Source: Lingula anatina
Taxonomy: Eukaryota > Animalia > Brachiopoda
Assembly (NCBI GenBank): GCA_051362555.1
Contig: CM120640.1
Location: 56,088,788 to 56,152,787, forward strand
DNA length: 64,000 nucleotides
Direction of reading: 5' to 3'
The position numbers and the translations under genes are program-made. Shown in pieces: positions 13,011 to 27,353 of the stretch. How positions within the stretch are numbered: the stretch's first letter is position 1; every line of letters begins with the position of its first letter. The notes beneath the pieces were generated by a model. The model ran no database searches. It was not told where the DNA came from and was given only the letters and a program-made list of their open reading frames with translations.

Positions 13011-16000
13011 GAACTTGGTTGTGTCATGACATGTGGTTTTAACCCTAGTACACTCATACTCGACAGGGAGTAAATAATGTGCGTGTCCATGTTGATGTTA
13101 ATTAGAACAAATGGGCGGTTCGCTGGGCTGGGCTCGGAGGGAGTGCGGTTGTAGCAGAACTTACTTGGGCACTTAATCACCCACCAACCAAGCCGCGTGC
13201 ACTGACAAATGACTGTTTGATGGCTCAACGTCATTCACAACATACAGATACACGGCGGATTGCAAAATAAATTACTGTACCGATACTATAGCTAAATTAC
13301 TGTCCGCAGTTCCACATTTAGAGCTCGTAAGCGACTTAAGCGACTGCTTAAGTGTTATTACAAAGACAGATATAATAGCCATTATGCTCGTGTCATTTGG
13401 TTTTTTTTTCTTCACTTAATTTCTTCTATCTTTTCAGATAACTAGTTCTATCTTATTAAGTACAATAATAAAAGGTGCACCATAATAGTGATGGTTCTGA
13501 CGAAATCCGTTTTCCTCTTTCCGGTTGTCAGTTGTGATTTGATCCATATCGGTTAATTTATGCATGCAGCCTTTGGTTACTCATGCAGAATTCGTTATAA
13601 AACAACAACAGATGTGCTTTGAAGTTCTCTGAAATACCTCAATTATTAGATAATCTTATGACGTTTTGGTCTAGACTTCCACCCTTCTTATATTAAAAAG
13701 AAGCGATAAGGAAGTAACGAAGGGGAAAAGTTTTTTAAAAAGTCGAATATATTTGCTCAGCAACGTAATGGCATTATTAAGCTCCGTAAAAAACAACAAA
13801 AATTGGTGATCGGAATTCTTAACAGCGTGAATTATACGTTAAAAATCCTAAACTTTCTAAGAGGCTCAGAAAAAATGTGTAAATCTTCTTTTTCTTGTTA
13901 TTTTTCAACCATAAAAGTTTAATAGGTTCGTAGGAAACAGGTAATGACGTTAATATTGTGTCTCCATTGCATTCCCTTTAGCAATTAAAACAGTACTTAA
14001 GAAACGGAACTATTCAAAATTTCTGAAACACCTAAAACACTTGACCATGGGGCATATGCAACAGTAATGTGGTATTTATATCGGGTATACATGCCCGGAT
14101 AACACGATAAGCTTCCACCTGTAAATCGGACATAAACTGAACAATTTTGTGTGAATTCTCATGAAGGACGTCTCAATACCTCGCTCCCGTACCAGATGTG
14201 GGCTTGTATACGCGCAGTGCTACTCGATGTTTTTCCAATATGATCTCTTGTCAGAACTTACGAGTCGTTAACCATGTTCGCATGCAAGTTGGAGTTTCTT
14301 GTCTTTCATTTTTCTTTGTCTATCTGGACTGTATTTTCCAAGAATTCCCGTATCTTTCGAAATTACCCTCATCAAAATTATATTGCCTTTTATTTCTCGG
14401 TCATTTCTATGTGCAGGGCCAGATTTAAGATAATGCATATCAATTGAAGACAGTCATGGTCTATAAATTTATATTACAGACATGTAGCGACTGACGCGGC
14501 AACATTTTTTAAGAACAGGCAACAGAGGGCATGGTTAAAATTATGCTAAGGTTGCCTACAGTCTTTCTAAGAATAAATATTTCTCTCCACCTGTGAGTAT
14601 TTGAACGGTTTGCCAATTCTTTTCTTCATTTATTCCGCCCACTGGGCTTATTCGAAAGTATACCGTAGTAGCGTGGGTCCAAGTTTTTAACTCTTAATCG
14701 CAGTCTTTATTCACACTAAAACTCAACTTGACATTAATTTTGGCTTTAATTAATGGTGAGATCCATATAGTTTATTTGTAGCATAATGATAAACTATGTC
14801 ATAATGATTTCATAAATCTACTTTACATGTACACGCAACACACACGTTAATGTTGAAGATTTTCAAATTTGAGATTTTTTGGTCCAAGGCGCATAAAACA
14901 CATTACCGGATAAATACTGTACGTTGATATTGCTATTTCATTAAGACTTGCGTGTGTTTATATGCACACAGTTATCAGGTATATTGACATATAATGCTTC
15001 ATTGCACCAGACCTTTGCACTTATGTTACAAATAATTTGCAGTTTTTAAACCTTCGAACTGTTTATTGATATAAGATAAATAGTAATGGTGGTGACGTAT
15101 TTGAAAGAGAAGCCAGCACGAACGCAACTTTTTACCGCTTCGTGAACAAAATGGAAAGATGATTCAACGTGCATAGCCGCTAATACTAACGGCATTGTAC
15201 CTGCAATTTTGCACACAGTCACGCAACAGCAGAGAAACGAGTAGGTGCATTTAACTGATTTTAACATATTTTTTATATTCATGACGGGTCTTCTGGTAAT
15301 CTGTTCTAATGGCAGTCGCGATTATGGCATCTTTCGAGCTTTATGAATCCGTTGTTCAAGATCTGGCACATTAATTGGAACTATATTTCACAACGCAGAC
15401 AGGTGTTGCGGTTACCTCTGTTCTTGGAACCTTGCCCCATTGTACTTGTTCAATTGCAACGAGTATAAATCTGTAGAAATTAGATGTTTCTGCTCGGAGA
15501 AAATTATATCCATTCGTTATGTTTAACAAACCTTTAAATTATACCAAACAGTTTATTGTTTTAAGCACAGTCATTTTAGTGGAATTGGAATTGGGTCACT
15601 CAGAGCACAGCCTGGATTTGAACCCGATTTGCGAGTCACCAATTTCTTTGAAACACGCGAACCATTGGTTTCTTAGACTATCGCTTTGAATATGGGGCTT
15701 CCTGACTGACAAAAATACATGGGCCCGTTTTTTATAATTTCCTTACTAAACTGGGATTAAAGAAAAGAGGTCGTCGTACTTATAATTTCACTAGAAGTTG
15801 TATTTACAGATGAATACCTTGTAGTGGGAATTTTGCGATAAAAAGAGACACCCACCCAGTTCTGTGAAAAAGAGCAGATCGAAAAAAGGTTTTTGGCCTT
15901 GCTTTATGTGCAGGAACTGTTGGTCCATATAGCATCATCATCGTTTTTCACATAATCTAAAAGAACGAAATCTATCCCTTTTTTCTATTCAAAGAATCTG

Positions 16001-17353
16001 GGAGAGTAAGGTTTTGCGAAGAGGCTAGAGACAGTTTTTTAACCAGAAATCCCGGGTCTACGATTTCCAAGCATTTTATACAGCGTAAGCACAATATATA
16101 AGCTAAAACATTGTGCCTCATAACAAGGAAAGAAACATCAATTACGCGGAAATTATGAATAGCGGTCAGACCTTAGGTGTCCATTACTCCGTTACTCCGA
16201 TCTCATGTAACATATGTGAATGTAAAAATGAGTAGTCAGGTGTGCCGCTACCAATTAACTGACTACCATGTCTGTGACACTGCTGCATTGTGTAATATGC
16301 ATTGATTTAATTGGGTAGTACTCCTTTGGGCTGGTCAAAGCTTGGCTTGGCGAAGCATGGTTCTGTCAAAAAACTATCCATATGTCGGCAACTACTGCAT
16401 AGAAGATTATGAAATTTTGCATGCAAGTGGTCGGTGTTGCAGTGCGTAAAATAGCTAAGCAGTGTTTTACAAAATTGTTAATCCGTGGCAGAATGGCGCG
16501 AAAGAAAGACATTGCCAGGCAGATTATTGTCTGTCACGGAACAGTTTTATAGAGTTATTCCCAGACTGATGTACCTCCACACGACCACACCCAATGTATC
16601 AAAACCTTACCACCAGGGTACAGGACTCGCTATCCTTCCTAATGTGCTGCTGCAACTAAAAAAAGACCACACAGTCCGTTCAGAATAAGGGGCAAATTGC
16701 CACCAGTTTTTAAGGCCCTTAGCGAACACCAAATTCATTTTAGCAGGTTGGAATACCAGATGACCACTGGGAAGCCACTGTAAACAGCAAAATATCGTTG
16801 TCTGTTTTTCTAATGAATTGGGGACCATGACCGTTTCTCGGTAGATTCGATTAATGGACTGATGTCACAATGACATCAAAGAGGTTATCAGAAGTTATTA
16901 AAGCAATATTTTAATCCTTTTTTTAATTTATCAGTCAACAAAAAAGAAAAAAACTGATTAAAAATGATTTGGAAAAAATATTCCACACTAAATGTCAAGT
17001 CTGTATAAATATATAGTTTAATTGAAATCATACTGCAAGTATCGTGAACCAGACTCATTCGTTGCATGATTCTCCCTTCCAGTGCATTCAAACATACCTG
17101 GAAACTTGCTGTTTATGATAATTTAAAAGATGTTATTATATTTAGACTAAGAGAAAATGTTAGGTGTTAAAAATTTCCCTCTTGTATATCTTATTCTCTC
17201 TGAGGTTCTCCGCCTTTGTGTATATCACATGCACCTGGCTAACTGGAGGTGTATCTATTGCGACTTTACGTAGTTCACTGTGCGTGACGTGCATGTATGC
17301 CAAACTCATCACGTCTGGATCTTTTATTCTCGACTTCCGCCGAGGCGTGACTT

Positions 17354-17354
<1 letters not shown>

Positions 17355-17386
<32 letters not shown>
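17355..17386. repeat. (GT)n microsatellite
   Basis: Seen directly. Confidence 0.9.
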
Positions 17387-17389
<3 letters not shown>

Positions 17390-19057
17390 GTTCTGAATGG
17401 CTATCCCTCGCTTAGTAGTTGCTATCCACCGCCTGATAAATAGGCCTACAACACAGCTGTTTTGGCCTCAGGTAGGTAATTAATGAGGTAAAGCGATCCA
17501 GCAGAAATAAATTAGTTTTGTGTGGTAGGTGCGAAATTATTGTGAAAATCCCCAAATGGTAAGAGTATATTTCATAAATATTTAAATTTGGTCTGATCAC
17601 ATATTCTAGATTTTCTTGGTCAAATCTGAGAAAGAAGGTTCAAATGCGTGTGCCCTTTTTCGTCACATTTACTTGTAGGGCAGCTTCTTGACCGAAAACG
17701 CTGACCTGTTCAGTGTTCAAGCAATTTGCCGCCACAGTGTAGTAGCATTTCAGTTAATTAGTTTTAACATTTCTAACATCTTACACCATCACCAGACAAA
17801 TGAGTTGTCTTCATGTTAAAACGATAAAATTCATTTTAAGCCCCGGTAAATCTAACCCTTCCTTGGGGAGAGTTCTCAAATCACGCCATTTCACGAGTTG
17901 CTTGCTATCTAGTCACCCGTAACATTTAATTGTGTTATTTGTGATATTTTGTGTAGAGGTTAATTTCACCACAAAAGTTAATATCGATAAGCTGTTTATC
18001 AAGTTGTGCACTGAAAACGGTCTTCACAGAAAATCCCCGTGTAGTAAAATTTTTGCAATTTACAGACATGTTGAGATTTTTGCACAATTGATATTTCGGT
18101 GGCTGTGTTCAGTGCAGGTTGACAGCAATATGAACTGAAGTAAAATTCACAGCTAAGTAGTTTTCGTGGCAAAAGTTAACCGATCTCTAGCATAGTAATT
18201 AATTGCATTTATAAATTTAAATTTTCTTCCAATAAATTTGACTTGGTTGGTTTTAACTTAAAGGTACGTCTTTTTTATACAAAACTGCTATTGCAGCATC
18301 TTCATTATTCCAAAACTTTTTGTCTTAACTGGGGTTTAATTTGGTTTAATGTTACTCTGATTTCTCTTGACTGGTTTTAAAATTAAATTACGTCCATTAC
18401 CAAAGGCTTGATAGGTGACTTAGTTAGTATGCAGAAATTCTCCCTGTACAAAACCAGAAATGTTCTCAGCTGGTCAAATGCCAGAAAAGTATCTGTGAAT
18501 ATCTTATGAAAAAATATCTCTGATTCCTTGGTAGAGGGCAAGGTGAGATTTTAGTAAAACCAACAACTACCTTAAATAAGAGGTCTTTGAAAAAATATTT
18601 TTAAAAAATAAAGCAAATTTAATTTTTATTCCATTTTTTCGTTGACATGAAAAGTAAAGACAAGCAGTGAGTGTGTTATACGAGCGAATCCAAAAATTTG
18701 TATACATTGTCTTAAAAGAAACCTATTACTTTATTACTAATTGTTACATACTATTATTAAAAACTATTATTGAAGTCAATTTTAATACTCATTATAATTG
18801 CGTGTTCCCCGTCATCAATATGATTGCTGTTTGTTTTAGATATAAACAGGGAATTGACAGACAGGGAACTTAATACCCGTGTCCTTAAATAGAACAAAAT
18901 GTTTGTTTACTCAACAACCGCAACAGTGGCATTAAAAAATAACAGGTACCGTTAAACTGACAAATATAAAGGAAAATCAGGTAAATAATATTTTAACCGC
19001 CTATTTGCGGTAGTCTCTCTTCTTCGAGACAACCACCTAATTATGTCACATGTGTTT

Positions 19058-21543
19058 CTAACGTTTCTGTTGTGTAGCATTCAATTTTCCGTTAATGCTT
19101 TGTGAAAAAGGTTCGTACTGAAGCTCCTCTAACACATTCTCACAAATATTTTCAATTTGTAAAGCTACAGATGGTGATATTTTAGATTTCCAAGCATGAG
19201 CAGTTTCGGTAGAGTTATTTCTCGCTGTAAAATATTCGTTATTTGATCCTTGGTCTTGGTTTGTATTTTTCCACATCCACGCGCGGACAACGTGTGGCAG
19301 AGGCAAGCCAAGGAATTGGTAGATAAGTGCAGTCGTCTCCAAAACACGCTCGGCCATTGTTTCATATTTTATTTGCAAGATTCGTCCTTGAAACTCCTTC
19401 GCAAGTTGCTTTCCTTTCAAAATATCTTTTGTCATTTCGTAGCACAATACGTTAGCTTGCATGTCTAAGCTCAGATTTGTTTTAGTAAGCTTCTTTCGTG
19501 ACAAAAGGGAAGCGCGGGGATCTCTTAGTAGGTGGAGAACTTTCAACCCCGGTATCTTGCGCAGCAGGAGTTCCACGTGAGACATTCGTAAAGCGATTTC
19601 TTTAATGGCTACAATTGATGAATTTCGGCATGTTTCAAGAATAAATGGAACACATTCAGTATCTGCTGCCACGCCCTGGTGTGACAAAATACAGGTCGTG
19701 TACTTAACAAGTCTCCTATGTCTACCCCCATAAGTGAAGAACAAATGGTTTGCATAGGTGTGTGGAGCAAGCACATTCACCGGCACGTGATCCAGCTTGC
19801 AAGTGAGAATGTTTTCCAGCGTCTCCAGCACGATGTCCTTTTCTTCTCCTTTCTTTGGAAACAACCTTGAAATTAGAATTAGACCACGGGTGTTTAAATA
19901 GAAAAATATCGAAATATGCCATGTCATGTAATCACCAACTTTTCCAAAACTCTGTTAACATTGGTAGTATTATGCATTATAAATAAATCAACTACGCCAC
20001 TGGTTAAGTAGGAATAACCCACGACTTTAAAAGTTCCCCAGTACAACAGTGTAAATGAAACGCAAACAAACCGTCTAGTTCCGTTTGGATATGTTAATTC
20101 CGTTGTTTTGGAATTGGAGCCATAGTCTATTTCATTTGAAACCAATGCCCAAGTTGGCTCAAACATGTAAAATGCGTCCGGATGCTGATTGAAAAGTTCC
20201 CCGAGGAGCGAAGACCCACTCCGCATGTAGGACAGGATAAGGATTGCGGTAGTTGAAATTTTTTGTTCAACTACTGAAAGTAATATTTACAAAACTCTAA
20301 AACAATCGACAATCTAGAGATGCACTAATCAAATCACAGAGATCCTAGAATACAATGTTACACCTAGCCCTTACTAATAAACATTCGTCAGACCTGAATG
20401 ATAGTCTTTTTACAAAATATGCGATGAAGCTAGTGACGAGTACCGATTTAAAAAACAAGTTTGATATTATCTTAATGTTTTGATATGAAATGGAAACAAT
20501 TAACCAGCACAAGTATACATCAATGAACAAACGCGCGCGCACACACACACACACACGCACACACACGCACATATACACACACATAGTTGGCTAGTCTCAC
20601 ACAACCTCTTTAAAACCTCTTTACCCTTTTCTCCCTGGAGCCTTGGCTGAGGTTTATTCGACCGACAGCTAGCCTTAAATATCACTCAATGGCTACCTTT
20701 TTGTAGCAGCGTATACGTGGAGTGTCATATACAGTTTATATCTATTCGATATAATTCGCTGCTGGGTATGACCCTCATTCCCAGAAGGGTTATGGATCGG
20801 AATAATGAGAATATAGCTGATCATAGTCAGATCTTTCGTATTCAGTCTGCTGCAGAATGCCAGCATATTCAGAGTTTAATCAGAATAAAACATTTTTCTT
20901 TTCGACATTTCTTGCCTTTCCTTTTTTCAGAATTTGGTAATGGGAAACAAATTACAAATAAAAAACTCGTAATTGATTAAGTTTATCGAACAATTTTACG
21001 CCATACAAAAGAACACTGTTTCTTGGTGTGGACGTGGCTATAGTCATCAAGACAAACATGCATCATGTGCATGCTTTAACATTTTTGTCAACATTTACAT
21101 TTCATGCTTAATTGAATAAATCAGCTACTCATTAATATTTTTTCATAAAGAATGCGTCGAAAGGTTCGAAATAACAAATAATATAAAAGGCTGACTTTAT
21201 GGTAAGTTTAAGCAGGTAAAATTGGGCTTTGAGGGAGAAACGGATTAAGTTCACATCACTACATGGCCTAGTTAAACAAACCCCACTTGGGGCAACGAGT
21301 TGGCAGAACACAGAAGTCTCTGTCTGGCCGTCTGCCTGTCCGTCTGTCCACTCATACCGATAGTACGTTTCATGTTTGATTTCCTATTAAATTAACTTGT
21401 TCCCATAACTTACCGAAATCTCTGGCGCAGTTAGATGCAAAACAAGTCCGCCCCAATCTACAACACTGATACACCATAAGCAGGATAAAGACGGAGATAT
21501 TCAATAATGCAAAACGCTTATACGTTATCCTATCGATGAACAT
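19058..21543 (-). CDS. Golgi carbohydrate sulfotransferase (Gal/GlcNAc-6-O-sulfotransferase, CHST1/3/4/5-like), 379 aa; exons 21543-21414, 20273-20072, 19865-19058
   Basis: N-terminal type II anchor ([17 protein letters not shown]), 5'-PAPS-binding motif [26 protein letters not shown], 3'-phosphate-binding motif [17 protein letters not shown], then IKYE and AHAWK. Phase-compatible introns; 1140 nt in total. Confidence 0.88.
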
Positions 21544-22596
21544 TGTAGAGATTTGGCGCGTCTGGTTACACGGATAATTTTTATATGTGACCGCAGTGAA
21601 ACACTGGGTACGTTAGCATACAGCTTCTTGACACCTCTTTTTGTGCCACTACATAATATATCAATTGATCTCTATCTGGCTATCTGGCCTCTGTGCAAGA
21701 AAAATCCTTGTCTTTTACTCCTTATTGAACCTGACGTCTTCCAGTGGCTAAAATATATGGCGGATATGTTGAGTTCTCTCCTCTGTTAAGTGCAGCTGCA
21801 GTTTTATAATACAATTCGTACTCATGGTATAGGTCTTTGCTTGTTAACACCGAAATGGTGCATATGCGCGACACGTCGCCCTCCGGGAAATACGGATAGT
21901 TGCGCCCCCGAGGCAGTGTTTCCACCTGAACACGAATTGACACATCATTTTATTACTATTAAAATGGTATTGGGACATTCTACATTAAAAACCGCGTGGA
22001 ACATCTTTTGTTACTGAATACCTAGGTCATATTTTTAAGGCCTTACGACGTGAAATTAATTTCATTGTAGGGCCTGTGGTATGGTATTGAGGGGATGCAC
22101 AGGATGTACTGCGTTCCTTTTTAAATATCATAGTTGAGTGTAATTTCCTTTGTTATCAACAATAACCTTTTGACATTTTTAACGTTTTAAAATTACGAAA
22201 CCTGCCTTTGTGTTAAAATATTTCTTTCTTTTTTTTTGACCTACTATCATAAAAACATTCAGAGGTTTTCATACATTGGCTCTTACTTTTCTCTTGAAAA
22301 TATTATAAAGCGCCGTCACACGTGTAAAACATGCCCCGTTTGACATGCAGAGACGGTTGCACTTAATATGTACAAACTGCGACCAGCCGTTTAGTTGATA
22401 TAACACGTACTGTCAAGGTACTTGATATGCTATGACAATAACCGAACGGTATGAATAAGCAAGAAGCTGATTTCTGTTTCAAACCAGTAAAATGGTAAAT
22501 CTGACAATTCACCCATTGCACCAACTCCAGTTATTTTATAAGCCTGAAAAGGCTGTTTTGCTTATACACAACATTAATACATAAAGCAAGACTCAC

Positions 22597-22750
22597 CTGT
22601 AAGGTGAATGCTAGACATATTGAATTACTATTTTAAAAGTCATCACTAGCCATTGCGGCAAACACAATTACTTGAAAAGCAGTAAAATGGTCATGCAAAA
22701 ACACGCTTCCACTCTAATAAAAAGGCACTTCAGGACAGAACACGCACAGC
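22597..22750 (-). other. Probable non-coding first exon of the sulfotransferase gene (5' boundary approximate)
   Basis: Strong donor ACAG|GTGAGT at 22597/22596; matching acceptor ACCAG at 21562, just upstream of the ATG. Confidence 0.35.
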
Positions 22751-23329
22751 ACATTTCCCAGTGACGATGATTTAATTATTACCACCCACTGTTACGGATG
22801 AGTAGGCCAAAATAGATAAATAGAATAATATAGTAGGTCGGCAGACAGATGGATAAGCAAATAAATAAATACATTGTTGAATAAATGAGGAGATAGTTGT
22901 ATTGATCAATTGATTCTTAGATACTGATAGATTTTAAAAAATGACGAATATGTAGAACCTTAGAAATGATAAAAATGAACGGAAGAAACAACCATACCAA
23001 AATAAAATGGAGTGACTGCTATGGCTCTTTGGTTTGGTTCTAATGACTTTTCTGTTGTTTATGGTATGGGCAATTAACTTTCTACCGTGATTTCGATAGC
23101 ATAGCTGGAAGTTTTTAAGGTAACCTGAAAATAAACTTACATGATTTTAATATTCGTCTGCACACGTAACTTTGAACATGTAGGGTTTTTTTCGCTTTCT
23201 AGGTACCAAACCACAGACCTCAAATATATACACTGCCTTCGGGAAATATCGATTGCGTTCTCAATAATAATAAAGAAAATAATAAAACATTAGGTCAACA
23301 GAGGGTTCGAGAGTATATCTAAATCGACC

Positions 23330-23473
23330 GCTGATTCTAGTCCTCGTATCGATACGCTGCAGCGTTGAAGGCGTTAGGCAAAGTCAACCAGGTTGTTCAA
23401 GGTGAAACTGTCTAGATAATAGTGGAACACGAACCGCTTTTCTCGGCACAGCCCAGATTTTGCAGCCCTGCAG
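23330..23473 (+). other. Probable 5' exon of the LRR-TIR gene (5' boundary approximate)
   Basis: Perfect donor CAG|GTAAGT at 23473/23474 in a CpG-richer patch; acceptor TTTTACTTCAG at 27223 precedes the ATG-containing exon. Confidence 0.35.
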
Positions 23474-25213
23474 GTAAGTTACGTTAAGAATGGGCATTTA
23501 GTTACGCATGAGGACATGATATGATATGGGCGTATGGTTCAAGTATGCTAAAGAAATGATACGTTAGATTTTAATGATTTTTCCTTTTTTGTTTGGCTGA
23601 CTTAAGTGTTTATGGACAGACAGAGTGAATACCTGCTCTTCCATACACTGCATAATATATAGACGCTCTCTAGTTCATGAGCATTTAAGTTACAATCACA
23701 TAATAAATGCCCTCATGTACTGAGGCTTATGAAATGAAGTGTTCAGCAATCATATAATAACCCCTTCGTTCTTTGCTCCATCATGTAATAACAGTCTTCC
23801 CAGTCGCTGTTATCGTTTTTCATAGTGTGAAATTGTTGCCAACGGTTCGGGTTTAATTCATGTAGGTCGGATAAAATTTTCGTTTTTGCTTGTGGTTCTC
23901 TTTTAGTTATTTAGGCCGTATACAACTACAGGGATTCTCGATATATTTTTTCAACCCATGTATTAACGTGCTAATTCCAGTTTACGGTATATTGGCGGAT
24001 TATTTATCAACATATATATGTGCAAGTGGCTTACAACTTTTGGCATATTAAAACAATCCAATACATTGAGAGAGAAGTGAAGGGGGGGGGGGAGAAAGTG
24101 AGAGAGAGGAAACTTTATTATCTCTTAAGTATAGATTTCGACTACCTTATGTATTTTTTCCAAGAGATGTTAGATTCTTGAGTCAGGTTCACGTTTACAT
24201 TTTATATCAAAAGATGTTCGAGGAAATGCATATGGTCGTGTTAGCCATGTTTAAATAAGGAGCATGTTGAGTGGCTGTAAGGGCAGTGTATTGATTTGTT
24301 CAAGTGGTGTGAAGAATTTTGAGGGGGTCAAAATGACACATGATAATCGTCTAGCGTCAGTTCTTTCCGTGATAGCTTTAATTAGTTTAAGTTAGGAGCA
24401 CAGTTTAACCATATCACCGTATCTCTCGGCAACTAATGTGAGGTTATTTTATGGCCATATTTCTAGGTAAATCATTTTCATGTTTGTACAGTGTGGCTCA
24501 AAAGTTAACCATAATAAAAGCGGGGAACTGAGAGGGTGAACATTTCTGCCAGGAAAAGTTATAAAAAGAAAGAATCAAAGATTTATTGCAGAAATAACGA
24601 TATATTGGTTATCCTTATTTTAATGAATTAGGTTTGCTCGATCCCCTTGACGACAGTTTCTTGGCATTGACTGCTTAAGCAGATCAGTGGCGATTGACGA
24701 CAGTACAAGCCATTATGCCAACAGTTTACCTGCAAATATAAAGGGGAATTAAAATTCATAAACCAGAAAGTTACTCAATACACCCATGAAAATTCTTTTT
24801 TGCTTCATCTGAGAGACAGACAAACGGTCATCCTGACAGACAAACAGCCATTCTTATCATAATTGTGAAGGAAAATAAAATGACATCTACATTTACAGGG
24901 AGTGAAAATCCAAAGAAACAGTCACGTTATTTAATATATTTCAATTGAAATATCAATACCTAAACCTTCCATGTAGTCATTTCAGTCATGATGTATCTAT
25001 TTTCACCGCTGTACCATTTATTTCCATCGCAATACCTCTATATCCATCTTGGTAACTATCGCAATTGATATTAATGGCATCGTGGCTGTAGAAAATGCGT
25101 TGCGCATAAGATGGGATGGCATTGCGATTAAAATGAGGGTGTTGGGATTGAAATAAGGGGGCGTCGCGATTGTTACCAAATATGCCGGCTTTGACATGGC
25201 ATAATAAGCCTTA

Positions 25214-26273
25214 GGCCCGTATTCCAACATGTTCCTTAAAATAGGCCTAAAGTCAACTTTTATAAAGGCTTCCTTTGATGAGGTGTTCCTTGGTAAAAGA
25301 AGGCCTAACGAAATGGTATTCTAAGACCACACTTTAGCCTCTCCTTTGATAAGGAATTACTTTGACAAAAGTCAGCCTTTGGGTAAGGGACACTGACATA
25401 AAGGAGCTCCTCATTGGTTAAAGTAGGTCTTTGTGACACCCTCCTCATTAAAAACGCCTCAGTAATGTTGTATAATTGGGGTCAACTGATCAACTTCAGT
25501 CATGCAACAGTGCATATGGACATTATTACTGCATGTGGATGTTTTAATCTAAGCCAATTTAGTGAATAAAGCAAGTATGCCAAAAAGAGAAAAGAATGGT
25601 TTGGAGGATGAGAAAACCAAAGTCATAGACCTTTTCTGATATCGAAAAGCAGCTACTGATTCAACTAGTCAACAGAGAAAAGCCTATCCTCGATCAAATG
25701 TATTACTTCCACCAAGGAGGTTATTTTCACCCCTGTTTGTTTGTCTGTCTGTCTGTCTGTTTGTTTGTTTGTCATCAACATAACTCAACTTAGAACACTT
25801 AGAAGTGGTTAGTTTTTGGTGGTGATCCGGATCAATAATCAATCAATAATCGAAAATCAAAAAAACAATCATTATAGAATGAAAATTGGGTGGAGACTTT
25901 GCTGCCTTGGCGGAGGTCTCCACTCTCGGAGTGCTTTTCTAGTTGAATTTAATGATTTTGAATTTAGGTAGGCATGTTTGTTTACATAGTCCTCTATGGA
26001 GCTGATTTTCACAAGAGAACTGTACACGTAAGGCTGCTTAAGGAAGACTAAAAGTTACTCCAGACCAACCTTACATTTTAAGGAATCCTCAGCCGAAAAT
26101 AAAGCAAATCTTTAAGCAAAGGCAGATTCTAGAAATGACCGATTCCTTTGGTAAGGATGATTGTTAAGTGATTCCTTTCAAGTGAGATAAAAAAAGATCT
26201 TGGAATACAAATTTCGTATAAGGTCGACTTTAAATCTCACTTAACGCTAAAGGGAGATTCTGGAATACGGGCC
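25214..26273. mobile_element. PIF/Harbinger-type non-autonomous element (about 1.06 kb) with a nested insertion
   Basis: 13-bp perfect TIRs GGCCCGTATTCCA / TGGAATACGGGCC with TTA on both flanks. Confidence 0.8.
25701..25944 (+). mobile_element. HINE/DINE-1-like (Helentron-derived) element nested in the Harbinger element
   Basis: Sub-terminal inverted repeat ACTTCCACCAAGG / CCTTGGCGGAGGT, (TGTC/TGTT)n core, short 3' stem-loop and CTAGTT end; closely similar copy at 53201-53486. Confidence 0.75.
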
Positions 26274-27353
26274 TTAGTTTTTGGAAGGATTTAAACGTAT
26301 GTTATTACAGGCTAAGATAAAACGCCAATTTGCGTGATTCCATACGCAGTATGTCATGTGGTCAATTGACTGTTTTCCATTGCTAATTTTCATTTCATTC
26401 CGACGATTTTGAAATGATAAACCTGTCAGGTTTCAAAAATGTTAATTACACACCCAAGGTCCCGTGTATTTTAAAACAATATGGAAATTAAATGTGCTGA
26501 AGCAGTATTCATTCACACCTCTCCTACTGAAAATCTATTCAATTTTTGTTCAGAATTTTACTAACCCCTACGAATGGTAATGTTGTCAACAAAATACTGA
26601 AATGTACCGCGATAAGTGTCTGAAATGATTCCGCTGCCTATTCGTGTTTGGTTTCCGATTCCGCTCTCTATCTTTTTTAATAAGCAAAACTCATTTGATT
26701 ATGGATATTTACCGATCTTGGTTAACCTTCCTCGAGGTCTTCGCCTACGAAATGCATGGAATACTTACATCATGTCTGTCGTATTATTTATCAAACTGAT
26801 AATTCAACATATGTTACTTTTACAATTATTTTCATACCTTGTGAAGGAACACGCAAATTATACATTTCCTCGATTCCTAAGAGAAACGGAAATGGAAAGG
26901 GCGAAAAATGAGAGAAGACGTTTTATGGTTTCTCTTAATAAGAAATATTTACATAGGTACCGTTCCCAACTAAATGGGGAAAAGTGCTCTTAAATTGCAT
27001 ATCTGTGAAACCAAAGCAATATGCTATCGATTGCATTCTGTTTGGTAATGAATACAAGTCACAATCACCATTAGGTTTCAGATAATTAACGTATAAATTG
27101 ATCCCTACGTCTCTGCGTTCAAAAAGTTGTTATTTTTTCTACAAAACACTTTTCTCATGTTTATTATATGTTTTCTCAAAGTTGTTCTAGCAACGCCTTA
27201 CAAATAAGGTCATTTTACTTCAGGTTGTTGTTTCCAAGCCAACACGGATATTATAGGTGGATCCTAAAGCCTAAAGATCCTAAAGAGTCGTTGGTTGAAT
27301 TAAACAAGTCAACGAATTACATCTGGCACATTTTTGTCCATTTAAAGTCACAA

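Noticed and set aside
15605-15690. B-box-like GGTTCAAATCC on the minus strand (tRNA or SINE?)
   Set aside because: No cloverleaf or clear A-box could be built; at most a decayed SINE.
20625-20675. Possible extra stem exon of the sulfotransferase (AG...AAGG|GTAAAG)
   Set aside because: Neither nearby acceptor keeps the phase-1/phase-1 frame without a stop or shift.
26616-26993. 125-aa ORF upstream of the LRR-TIR coding exon
   Set aside because: Non-ATG start, AT-rich intron-like composition, no domain motifs and no splice support.
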